Assembly (NCBI GenBank): GCA_045596755.1 | Contig: JAZOCZ010000122.1 | Span: forward strand, 1-49,631 | Origin: Eubacteriales bacterium | GTDB lineage: Bacteria > Bacillota > Clostridia > Oscillospirales > CAG-382 | Direction of reading: 5' to 3' | Length of the DNA stretch: 49,631 nt | Part shown: positions 18,474 through 27,111 of the stretch, piece by piece | How the letters are laid out: each line of letters opens with the position of its first letter | Position numbering within the stretch: the stretch's first letter is position 1 | Notes under the pieces: model-generated | The model's input: the letters and a program-made list of their open reading frames with translations, nothing else | What the model was told of the DNA's origin: nothing | Database searches by the model: none | Position numbers and translations under genes: made by a program

Positions 18474-19871
18474 TCAGAAATGCTCTTTTGCATACAGCTC
18501 AAACTGTCGTTTCGTGCTATGGTAAAATTGGAATGGAGAAATCCCCGCATCGTAGGCGGTTTTTATATTCTCCGTCGTTACCGTTGCAATATCCTTTACT
18601 GCGAAGGCATAAATTATCGCTATATCGATATAAGTGTATTTTTTCGTTTCAGCCATAGCGGAAGCCATGTTATTATCCGTCCAATAATAATAAAGTTCAT
18701 TGTTTTCAATGCTTTGCGTTACAACTCTGCTTGTGGAAGCAAGAATTGCGTTAAGAACCATGCCTGTAAAATCGCTGTCTTCAACGTTTACAAAAACAGA
18801 TGCCGCAAGAGCTTCACCGTCAACAAAGGAATAATAATTGCTTTCCGCAGTCATTTTAGGCATGGGAACGGCATTCCATTTCACATCGCTTTCGCAAATG
18901 CTGTAAACAGCGTTTCTTCTGCAAAGCACCATTCCGCTCTCGCCCCTCATAAAGACTTCCAAGGCTTCGTTTCCGCTTCGCTTTCCGAAGGATTTGCTTT
19001 TCATAATCTTTCTTGCGTTGGAAAGAATTTGCTTTCCGTTTTCGTTTTGCGGAATCAATAGAGGAGAATAAGCACATTCACCGAAAAATCTTTCCCCTGA
19101 CGTTGCCCAAAGTACGTTGAGGAAGTCATCCTTAACACTCGTTGTGACAAATCCGTTTTTCGTATATTCAGAGGCTTTTTCCGAATAATCGAGAAACGCA
19201 TCCCAAGTCCATTCGCCTTTTTTGTAAAGTTCATAAGGGTCTACGCCTATTTTTTTCGCGATTTCCTCGTTATAGAAAACGCAAAAAGAGGAATACTCCG
19301 TTTGTGTCAAATCACCGAAAAGAAGATATAACTTTCCGTTTATCTGTGAAGCATCTGCAAGTTCTTTGTCAAAATATGACGCCTCACGGTCAACGTACGG
19401 AAGGGAGTTAACGTTGAGAAGGCATCCTTCTGACATAAGGCGAGCTTGTGTATTTGCAGGAGCGATAATCAGATCTGCATAATAAGTTCCCTTTTCCTTG
19501 GCTTTTTTGGCGTTTGAATATATTTCATCTGCCGTCTCAACCTTAACTTCTATTTCAATATTAAATTTTTTCTCAACCAATGAGTTCCTTCGTGAAACGG
19601 CTTTTCCAATAAGGGTTTCTGCGGAAGTCGTTTCCCAGAATTCTCTGTCAGTTGTGGCTATAACAAATTTTTTTCCACCGTAGTCCTTCCCTTTTATATC
19701 AGCAAGAACGTCTTCGTCGGACAAGTTCGTCTCACTTTCTTCGCTGACGGTGTTCAATGGCGGACGTGTAACCGCTTCTTCTTCGGAATACTCGTTTTCA
19801 AATCCGCAGGAACTTATAAAAAGAGAAAAAACAAGGAATAAAAGGATTATACTTTTTCTATATTTTTTCAT
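18474..19871 (-). CDS. Extracellular solute-binding lipoprotein (ABC-type, family 1-like), orphan
   Basis: Lipobox LFISSCGF. The length and pattern are typical of sugar-type substrate-binding proteins. No permease or ATPase genes are adjacent. Confidence 0.6.
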   Translation of the reverse strand: MKKYRKSIILLFLVFSLFISSCGFENEYSEEEAVTRPPLNTVSEESETNLSDEDVLADIKGKDYGGKKFVIATTDREFWETTSAETLIGKAVSRRNSLVEKKFNIEIEVKVETADEIYSNAKKAKEKGTYYADLIIAPANTQARLMSEGCLLNVNSLPYVDREASYFDKELADASQINGKLYLLFGDLTQTEYSSFCVFYNEEIAKKIGVDPYELYKKGEWTWDAFLDYSEKASEYTKNGFVTTSVKDDFLNVLWATSGERFFGECAYSPLLIPQNENGKQILSNARKIMKSKSFGKRSGNEALEVFMRGESGMVLCRRNAVYSICESDVKWNAVPMPKMTAESNYYSFVDGEALAASVFVNVEDSDFTGMVLNAILASTSRVVTQSIENNELYYYWTDNNMASAMAETKKYTYIDIAIIYAFAVKDIATVTTENIKTAYDAGISPFQFYHSTKRQFELYAKEHF

Positions 19872-19886
19872 GAATCTATCAAAAAC

Positions 19887-21374
19887 TTACATCACCGAAA
19901 AATCTTCCGATACACTCAAAACATCAAAAAGAACCAATTCCTTATCCAAATCAATTTCCGCTACCTTCAGGATAAGTCTTTGTCCCTGAGCGAAGGCATA
20001 GCCTTTTTTCAAAAATCCTTTGCAACTGTTATCCAGACAAACCTCGATCCCATCTTCCGAAACGTTCCAGACCGTTCCCATATAGGTCTTCGAGGAGTTG
20101 TTTTTCATATGATCCAAAACGTAAAGGTCTGAAATACGTTTTTCAACCGCTTTTATCTTAGGCTCATTCTCGTTAACTGACATAACAGCCAACAACGCAC
20201 ATTTTTCCATATATTTCATATCAGCTTCAGATAATGCATCCCCACTGTTTGCAATGACTTTTATAAGTCTTTGAACCGCAAGGTCGCCGTATCTGCTTAC
20301 AGGATATGCAAACCTGACGTAATGCTTCGTTCCCAATCCACCATGGTATCCTGCTTCAAGAGAACATTCTGACGCAGGGAGAAGTTCCTTCACCTTTGCC
20401 AGAATAAACTCCTCGCTTCTGTTTCCATGAGCAACGTTTGCGGCAAAAGCTGCAAGGGTTTTATCAGACACCTTTGCGGCATCAACGCAAACGGAAAGGA
20501 GAAAGGAACGAAGACGTTTACAATCCTCTCTCGCCATTGGTGCTCTACGTCTGTAAGGGCAAGGGATTGAACGTTTATCAAAATATTTTGCAATTTCAAC
20601 ACCCATTGCAGAAATTATCTCACGGACAAGTCTATCGGGGTCCGAAAGTTTTTCAAAACCAACGCTTTTTATATTTCCCCTTATTCCCTTTCTTGAAAAA
20701 GTTCTTATGGCTGTGTCAATATCAGTTGCTCCCCTGTTTTCTCTTGCCATTTTCAGAATTGCACCTGCAACGAACATATTTTCAAGTTGTTCTAAAACGG
20801 AATAATATTTATATCTCAAGAAACCAACGCTTGATATATCCATAGCGAAGAAAAGAGATTCAACTTCTTTCGATTCGCAGTTTGCCGTAACCTTAATAAC
20901 GGATTCGGCAAATTTTATGGATTTTACCTTACCCGAATTATTTATACGCATAATAACGCTTACCGTAAAACTTTCTTCGCCTTCTCTCAAAGAGCAAAGT
21001 CCTACAGATATTGGTTCGGGAATCATATGATAGGTCTTTTCAGGGAAAAACACCGACCTTCCCTTTGAAAAAGCGACCTTATCCAGGGCAGAACCGACGG
21101 GAATAAGTTCAGCAACGTCCGCAGAATGAACGCAAAGAATAAAATCCTCACCGTCCTTTTCAACGGAAAACGCAACTTCCATGCTCCCCAAAGTGAATGA
21201 AGTTTTACTTCTCAAATCAAGCCTTCTGCCGATAAAAGGCCATTTGGAACGGGATTCAATCTGAGAGGTTTCTTTTATAGCTTCCTCGGAAAAAGAAAGA
21301 GAAACCCCCGAACCAAAAACGATATTTCTTATTTTCATCAAGAACTCGGAGTTTTGATTCATTATCATAAGCAC
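19887..21374 (-). CDS. RNB-domain (RNase II/R-like) protein with a degenerate catalytic motif and a C-terminal S1-like domain
   Basis: RNB motifs VHSADVAELI, LDKVAFSKGRSVFFPEKTYHMIPEPISVGLCSL and YPVSRYGDLAVQR are present. The gene lies downstream of secG, where rnr normally sits. The DxDD motif is absent. Confidence 0.75.
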   Translation of the reverse strand: MLMIMNQNSEFLMKIRNIVFGSGVSLSFSEEAIKETSQIESRSKWPFIGRRLDLRSKTSFTLGSMEVAFSVEKDGEDFILCVHSADVAELIPVGSALDKVAFSKGRSVFFPEKTYHMIPEPISVGLCSLREGEESFTVSVIMRINNSGKVKSIKFAESVIKVTANCESKEVESLFFAMDISSVGFLRYKYYSVLEQLENMFVAGAILKMARENRGATDIDTAIRTFSRKGIRGNIKSVGFEKLSDPDRLVREIISAMGVEIAKYFDKRSIPCPYRRRAPMAREDCKRLRSFLLSVCVDAAKVSDKTLAAFAANVAHGNRSEEFILAKVKELLPASECSLEAGYHGGLGTKHYVRFAYPVSRYGDLAVQRLIKVIANSGDALSEADMKYMEKCALLAVMSVNENEPKIKAVEKRISDLYVLDHMKNNSSKTYMGTVWNVSEDGIEVCLDNSCKGFLKKGYAFAQGQRLILKVAEIDLDKELVLFDVLSVSEDFSVM

Positions 21375-21424
21375 CTCAAAATTAAGACGGATTTAACCGC
21401 ACCTTATAAAAAGGGCAAAAATGC

Positions 21425-21469
21425 AAAAAACTTCCCTACGTTAAGCATTTTCGTTTGCCTGTAAGGAAG
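21425..21469 (-). terminator. Intrinsic terminator after secG
   Basis: The minus strand reads CTTCCTTAC-N21-GTAGGGAAG followed by TTTTTT. Confidence 0.5.
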
Positions 21470-21566
21470 CTTTATTGTTCAAATGTATAATAATGCGTCC
21501 TTATACTCCCTCCACAGGGAGTCGGCGGACATAAATTCAGTGTTTCGGTCGTATACTTTTCGATTC

Positions 21567-22058
21567 TTACTCTTCGTCAGATGCAACAGATGCTTCTGTG
21601 GATTCCGCGGGAGTTTCTGATGCTTCTGTGGATTCTGTAGGAGCCTCTGATGTTTCTGCGGAGCCATCAGCAGAAGTTGCTGCGGATGCATCAGCAGATG
21701 CATTGGAAGAAGCGTCAGCAGATGCTTCAACGGATGCATCACTTACTACCTGTGAGCTTGTAGGCGCGGAAGAAGAAGCATTGGAAGAAGATTCTGTCTT
21801 CTTTGCGGGAACAGAATAGTAGTAAGTTGCAAGAACAACTATAACAAAAACGATGGAAACAACGTTTGTGAGTTTTGAGAACATTTTATCAATAGTTTTG
21901 CCCTTGTTTTTGCCAAAGAAGGTTTCAGCACCGCCTGCAATGCTTCCCGAAAGTCTCTTACTGCTTCCGCTCTGCATAAGAACTGCAATTACAAGGAAAA
22001 CAGCCATAACGAGAAGGGCAATTCCCAATATTATCTGAACAACGTCCATATCTTTCAT
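21567..22058 (-). CDS. secG: Preprotein translocase subunit SecG with a long acidic S/A/T/E-rich C-terminal tail
   Basis: SecG core: VQIILGIALLVMAVFLVIAVLMQSGSSKRLSGSIAGGAETFFGKNKG...VVSIVFVIVVLATYYY. About 85 extra residues of low complexity follow. Confidence 0.8.
   Translation of the reverse strand: MKDMDVVQIILGIALLVMAVFLVIAVLMQSGSSKRLSGSIAGGAETFFGKNKGKTIDKMFSKLTNVVSIVFVIVVLATYYYSVPAKKTESSSNASSSAPTSSQVVSDASVEASADASSNASADASAATSADGSAETSEAPTESTEASETPAESTEASVASDEE
21589..21678 (-). repeat. 30-bp tandem repeat (about 3 units) encoding part of the SecG tail
   Basis: Forward strand: GATGCTTCTGTGGATTCCGCGGGAGTTTCT / GATGCTTCTGTGGATTCTGTAGGAGCCTCT / GATGTTTCTGCGGAGCCATCAGCAGAAGTT. Confidence 0.7.
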
Positions 22059-22173
22059 AATATAACCTCTTTTCCGGTTTTTTAACCTGAACTTTTTTAA
22101 TTTTAACGTTTATTTTCCGCAAAAACACGGAAAACACAATTTTGGAAACAAGTTCCAAGCCGTTAACGAATCA

Positions 22174-22202
22174 AATATACCACATTTATTATTCACTTTC
22201 AA
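22174..22202 (-). promoter_or_regulatory. Possible sigma-A promoter for secG
   Basis: On the minus strand: TTGAAA (22202-22197), a 17-nt spacer, then TGgTATATT (TATATT at 22179-22174). Confidence 0.45.
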
Positions 22203-22264
22203 TAGCAAAAAATAAAATTTGTTTTTTGTTTACCGTTTATTTACATTTGCTTTTCTTTTATAAT

Positions 22265-23638
22265 TTAATCCGCAGGGGGATAATAATCTTTACTCATTCC
22301 ATTTTTGTATTTTTTCACTATCCTGAAAACGAAACTTCCGAATGACCACAAGGCGAAAACAATGGCAAGTATTATTATCACCTTGATAATGAGCATGAGC
22401 GTATCGCTTTCCATGAAATCCGTTATTTTTCCCATCGTTGCAAGCATTTCGCTTCGTTCTGCACTTTCCTTTGTCACAAGCGGTACGGTTGCAACGAGAA
22501 CGCCGTTTTTATAGAGGTTAACTTCACCTACAACCGTTCCCTCCTTCACAGGAGCTTCAAGGGTTGTCTGATAGAAGGTGGGTTCGGAAACGTAATTTAT
22601 TTTTTCAGCCGTAATATCCGTAAGTGCGCTGACGGTCTCCGTGGGAACTGTCATAACGGCATCCTTTTTAGCCGAAAGTTTAACGGGAATGGAAAAACTG
22701 AACTCAGAGGATTCAGGGGAGATAATATTTCTTATCTCAAAACTTTCTTTGAGCCATGGCACGATTTTATGTACGTCTGAATATGCGTTTCCTTCGTCGA
22801 ACCAACGTGTTCCTGCTTGGGTATCACGTTTTTCCGAAGATGAATCCATGATACATATAATATAAGAAAGTTCGTTTGATGCGTAATAAGCAATAAGACA
22901 ATAACCGCCTTCTTCGTTAGCCTGACCTGCACATATCCCCTTTACGGAATTGAGTTTATAATCTCTTATCAGAAAATCCGATGTAAGATAATTTTTATTG
23001 TGAAGTGTTCCCATAGCAAGAGTAACGGAACGTCCTGCAGAAGAAATATCAATAAGCGTACTTATTTTTGAAAATTCACGTGCTATAAGTGCGCAGTCGT
23101 AAGCGGTTGTGTAAGATCCGTCGTCAAGTCCTACGGGGCTTAAATAATTGGTATTCTTAGCTCCTAACGCTACGGCTTTCTCGTTCATTTTACCCACAAA
23201 TGCACCGATATCTCCACTGCCTGCATGATAAGCAAGGGTTATACCAGCGTCGTTGGCAGAAGAAACCAGGAGAGCGCAAAGGAGATCCTTAACCGTATAT
23301 TCCTTTCCAACTGTAAGACCGAGTCTTGGGGCGGAAATAAGTCCCGCAGGACCTATATATGCACTGTCAGACGCCTGAACGGGAACTGCAAGCAATGCAG
23401 ACAAATCCCCAAGGCTTTCGTAAGCCACAATAGCCGTCATCATTTTTGCCGTTGCTGAAACGGGAATTTTAACTTCCGCATCGTATTTCATGGGACATTC
23501 TTCCGTTTCAAGATTCAACACGCAGATTTTGTTTCCCGACGTTATTTCAGGTCTCTTCACCGCTTCCGCCTTGGAAACAAGCGGGAAAGACAGCGTTACC
23601 GTTATACAAAGCGCAAGCAGCGCAACAATTTTTTTCAT
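22265..23638 (-). CDS. D-alanyl-D-alanine carboxypeptidase (PBP5/DacB-like, peptidase S11) homologue with a C-terminal TM anchor; active-site motifs look degenerate
   Basis: Signal peptide present. IPVSATAKMMTAIVAYE sits where xPxASxTKxMT is expected. The SxN motif is conserved (VSSAND). VKGICAG sits where KTG is expected. A C-terminal TM helix is present. Confidence 0.7.
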   Translation of the reverse strand: MKKIVALLALCITVTLSFPLVSKAEAVKRPEITSGNKICVLNLETEECPMKYDAEVKIPVSATAKMMTAIVAYESLGDLSALLAVPVQASDSAYIGPAGLISAPRLGLTVGKEYTVKDLLCALLVSSANDAGITLAYHAGSGDIGAFVGKMNEKAVALGAKNTNYLSPVGLDDGSYTTAYDCALIAREFSKISTLIDISSAGRSVTLAMGTLHNKNYLTSDFLIRDYKLNSVKGICAGQANEEGGYCLIAYYASNELSYIICIMDSSSEKRDTQAGTRWFDEGNAYSDVHKIVPWLKESFEIRNIISPESSEFSFSIPVKLSAKKDAVMTVPTETVSALTDITAEKINYVSEPTFYQTTLEAPVKEGTVVGEVNLYKNGVLVATVPLVTKESAERSEMLATMGKITDFMESDTLMLIIKVIIILAIVFALWSFGSFVFRIVKKYKNGMSKDYYPPAD

Positions 23639-23653
23639 TTTCTTTTCTCCTTT

Positions 23654-24577
23654 TTACGCCTCCGAACCGTCAAAAAACCGTTCTGCCGAAATTGCGTCCT
23701 TTTTCAACTGCTTTGCCAATTCGTCAAAGCCTTCAAATTTCCGTTCCTCTCTTATCATGGATAAAAGGGAAACGGTTATATTTTTTCCGTACAAATCCAT
23801 ATTCTCACCGAGAAGGTAAGTTTCGCAAAGCAAAACCTTTTTTTCTTCCTCAACCGTAGGGCGAATGCCGATATTCGAAACACCTTTGTATTCCTTGCCG
23901 TCGATATTGCAAACCGAAACGTAAACGCCAAACTTTGGAGTTTCCAGCCATAAAGGCATTTCCACGTTCGCCGTTGGAAAACCTATTTTTCTGCCGTTGG
24001 CTTTTCCGCTAACCACAACGCCCGAAAAAGAGTATGGCCTTCCCAGAAGTTTTTTCGCCTTTTCTACGTCACCTTCGGATATGGATTTTTTCACAAGAGA
24101 CGAACTTACAACTTCTCCGTCAAGGTACACAGGAGGCAGAACCACACATTCCACGCCCATTCGCGAAAGGCTTTCTTTTAAGGTTTCCACGTTGCCGCTT
24201 TTATTTTTACCGTAGGTAAAATTGAATCCGCAAACAACACATTTTGCGTTGAATTTCAAAGCAAGAACTTCTTTTGCAAATTCGTCCCTCTCAAAATTCC
24301 TGTATTTTTCAAAATCCGCAAAATATGAACCAACAACTCCTTCCTCCTCGAAGAAAGCGAGTTTGTCTTCCTGAGACGATATATATTTATGATTCCCCGA
24401 AAATTCCGCAGGATGTTTCCTGAACGTCCAAACAACTACAGGAAGCCTTTCCTTCTCACCTTTACGGATAGCCTCACGGATAAGCATTCTGTGGCCTATA
24501 TGCACGCCGTCAAAATTACCGATTATAATAACGCTTTTGCCTTGCATGGGCAAATCTTTATCTTCAATTATTTTCAT
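23654..24577 (-). CDS. ribF: Bifunctional riboflavin kinase / FMN adenylyltransferase
   Basis: IIGNFDGVHIGH near the N-terminus. The C-terminal kinase part contains GFPTANV...GVYV...G.SNIG.RPT. Confidence 0.93.
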   Translation of the reverse strand: MKIIEDKDLPMQGKSVIIIGNFDGVHIGHRMLIREAIRKGEKERLPVVVWTFRKHPAEFSGNHKYISSQEDKLAFFEEEGVVGSYFADFEKYRNFERDEFAKEVLALKFNAKCVVCGFNFTYGKNKSGNVETLKESLSRMGVECVVLPPVYLDGEVVSSSLVKKSISEGDVEKAKKLLGRPYSFSGVVVSGKANGRKIGFPTANVEMPLWLETPKFGVYVSVCNIDGKEYKGVSNIGIRPTVEEEKKVLLCETYLLGENMDLYGKNITVSLLSMIREERKFEGFDELAKQLKKDAISAERFFDGSEA

Positions 24578-24791
24578 TTTTTCTCCGTATAAACGTTTTT
24601 AAAAATACGTATACCCATACTGACAAGTTAAGTATATACATTATTTTTTCCTTTGTCAAGAGTATTTTAAATATAAAATTTTTTTACGCACTTATTCGGA
24701 ATAATATTTTCACCCCTACCCATAATATACATGTAATAAATTAACAAACAGGGAGCTGTTTTTTGAGATTAACAAATAAGGAGTTGATTTT

Positions 24792-26897
24792 TTGAATATG
24801 CTTCACGGAGGCGTTATTCTTGCAGGTGGGCGAGGGCAAAGGCTTATGCCGTTGACGTCAAAAACCCCTAAACCCTTGCTTTCTGTTGGAGGGAAAACGC
24901 CCTTTGAGAGATGTGTGAAGGCACTTACGGATTCGGGTATAAAAAACGTTGCCGTCACAACGGGATATTTGGGTGAAGAATTAGAAAACATCAGTTTTCC
25001 GTATGCGAACGTGACCTTTTACAGAGAAGAAGAACCAAAGGGCACGTCAGGTGCGGTTTTCCCCTTGATTCCGTATTTAGCCGAGGATTTTTTTGTTTTA
25101 TCGGGGGATTGCGTTTTTGATTTCCCGCTTTTCGATATGATGGAATATCACAAAGAAAAAAACGCCGCTGTTACCATAGCAACCGTAACTTCGTCTGACC
25201 CAACACAGTACGGAACACTTTTATCCGAAGACGGAGAAGTTTTGGCGTTTTTGGAAAAACCTTCATGGAAGCAAGTGGTTACAACAGGTATAAACGCAGG
25301 TATATATATAATAAATAGAAAAGTTTTTGAAAAATTCGAAGAAAATCACGGTCGTGTTTCGGACTTTTCATCAGATTTTTTTCCCGCACTTCTGAAAGAC
25401 GGTGAAAAAATTGCTTCCTTTGAAACAAAGGGATTCTGGTGCGACATGGGAACGGTTGAATCTTTTCTTTCAAGCAATATGCATTTTTCAAAAGGTGAAA
25501 ACGTTATAGGGGACTACGTTTCCATAGGCAAAGATACGAAAATTGAAAAATCCGTTATAATGAACGGGGTTAAAGTGGGAAGCGGTACGGTTATCCGAAA
25601 TTCCGTTATAGCAGAAGGGGTTGCCGTTGGAAAAAACTGTTTTTTGGAAAACGCAACCGTCGGGGCGGATACGCTGATTTGTGACGGCGTAACCTTGGGA
25701 AAAGGTTGCACCGTTGATGCAGATACCATAATAGGCAAAGGCAAAACCCTGAAATCACCCTTGATAGAGAAACTTTCATTTTACGATAGCGGAAAAATAA
25801 AAATCCCGAAGGACGAAAAAAGCCTTTCCTTTTTCGGAGAAGCCCTGGCAAATATATCATGCGGAAGGGATATTCTTTTTTTCTGCGACGGCGACGTTCC
25901 TGATACCGACATAGTAAGACAAAAGGCGAAAGAGAAAGGAGCGAGGGTTTCAAAGGTTTATAAAGCCCTTTTACCCGTCGCTTCCTTCTGTGCATCAAGA
26001 AAAGACGCATATTCAGTTTTCGCAAAGGAGGAATTTGACGTCATAACTTTTTCCGTTTTTGATTTTTCAGGTCTTCCCCTTTCAAGAGAAGAACAGCTAA
26101 AAATCGAAAAATACTCAAAAGGAAAAAATCGAATCTCCGTTTCGCAGGAAGACGCCCCTGATTTTAACCCTACCGAAGAATATGCGAAAGAAAAAATTCA
26201 GCATCTCAACGATTTATCAGGAATTTCCGCTTCAATTTCTGCAAATGAAAATTTAAAAAATATGTTTGAAAAGATTCTCGAAAAAAAAGGTGGTATCCTT
26301 GATTCAGAAAACGGAAATTACCGATTTTTCATAAATGATTCTTGCGAAGACGTTTACTGTCTGACGAAAGAGGGGAAAAAGATTGATAAAACAAGGCTTT
26401 TTTCCATAATAATATCAAATGAACCGCCCGTAAATATACCAATTCCCGATTTTCTTCCCGAAGAAATAAAAACGCTTTTATCCAAATCGGGAGGGGGTTT
26501 CTCCCTTTACGGAGACACCTTTGAAGGCAGAGCCTCTGATTCGGAAGCGTATTCATACTCCGACGGAATATCAATAGCACTTTTCTCCTTACACGTCTGT
26601 GCAAAAACTAAAAGTTCATTGTCCGACCTCGATTCGTTGATTCCGCCCTTTTCATTCTTCGAAAAAACCGTTGATTTTTTCGGCAACAAAGGGAAAGCGG
26701 CAGAGTCACTTTATAAAAAGTATCAAAGAGAAAAAAACCAATTCATAATAAGCCGCAAGGAAGAAAAAGGCATGGTTTCCCTCGTCCCGCAATACGAGAA
26801 AGCGTTCAGGATATTTGCTTCCGCTTTATCTCAGGAAACAGCCGAAGAACTTTTGGCTCTTGCCGAAGAAGAAATATCTTCCCTCGACCAAAAATAG
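24792..26897 (+). CDS. Sugar-phosphate nucleotidyltransferase with a left-handed beta-helix domain, fused to a ~350-aa uncharacterised C-terminal region
   Basis: ILAGGRGQRLMPLTSKTPKPLL (NTP_transferase signature), followed by hexapeptide repeats (IGDYVSIGKDTKIEKSVIMNGVKVGSGTVIRNSVI...). TTG start 9 nt after AGGAG. No T/SASHN phosphoserine motif is visible in the C-terminal half. Confidence 0.75.
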   Translation: MNMLHGGVILAGGRGQRLMPLTSKTPKPLLSVGGKTPFERCVKALTDSGIKNVAVTTGYLGEELENISFPYANVTFYREEEPKGTSGAVFPLIPYLAEDFFVLSGDCVFDFPLFDMMEYHKEKNAAVTIATVTSSDPTQYGTLLSEDGEVLAFLEKPSWKQVVTTGINAGIYIINRKVFEKFEENHGRVSDFSSDFFPALLKDGEKIASFETKGFWCDMGTVESFLSSNMHFSKGENVIGDYVSIGKDTKIEKSVIMNGVKVGSGTVIRNSVIAEGVAVGKNCFLENATVGADTLICDGVTLGKGCTVDADTIIGKGKTLKSPLIEKLSFYDSGKIKIPKDEKSLSFFGEALANISCGRDILFFCDGDVPDTDIVRQKAKEKGARVSKVYKALLPVASFCASRKDAYSVFAKEEFDVITFSVFDFSGLPLSREEQLKIEKYSKGKNRISVSQEDAPDFNPTEEYAKEKIQHLNDLSGISASISANENLKNMFEKILEKKGGILDSENGNYRFFINDSCEDVYCLTKEGKKIDKTRLFSIIISNEPPVNIPIPDFLPEEIKTLLSKSGGGFSLYGDTFEGRASDSEAYSYSDGISIALFSLHVCAKTKSSLSDLDSLIPPFSFFEKTVDFFGNKGKAAESLYKKYQREKNQFIISRKEEKGMVSLVPQYEKAFRIFASALSQETAEELLALAEEEISSLDQK

Positions 26898-27002
26898 ACT
26901 TTGTCCTTGTCATATTTTCCTATTAAACTATGGATATTTGTTTTTTAAGCTCTTTTTTTAAAAATATTTTCAGTTTTTTTAAAACTTTTTTCTTTTTTGC
27001 TA

Positions 27003-27031
27003 TTGACAAACAGAAAAAAAAGAATTATACT
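27003..27031 (+). promoter_or_regulatory. Near-consensus sigma-A promoter for the 27112 operon
   Basis: TTGACA (27003-27008), a 17-nt spacer containing an A8 run, then TATACT (27026-27031). Confidence 0.6.
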
Positions 27032-27060
27032 ATATGCACCGATATATCGTCGGTGCATAT
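27032..27060 (+). promoter_or_regulatory. Perfect palindrome at the predicted transcription start (operator or leader hairpin)
   Basis: ATATGCACCGA-N7-TCGGTGCATAT has 11-bp perfect arms. It lies immediately after the -10 and is followed by ATTTGTTTTT. Confidence 0.5.
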
Positions 27061-27111
27061 ATTTGTTTTTAAAATAAAATATTCGAAGATATAAAAAAAG
27101 GAGTTCACGAC

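Noticed and set aside
17277-18525. Several 77-217-aa plus-strand ORFs and a 147-aa minus-strand alternative-frame ORF within pgk
   Set aside because: All overlap the pgk coding sequence on the opposite strand or in a different frame, and none has recognisable motifs.
21479-21742. 87-aa minus-strand ORF (HPQ/LLM-rich) and the 73-aa plus-strand ORF at 21598-21819
   Set aside because: They are alternative-frame and antisense readings of the repetitive secG tail region.
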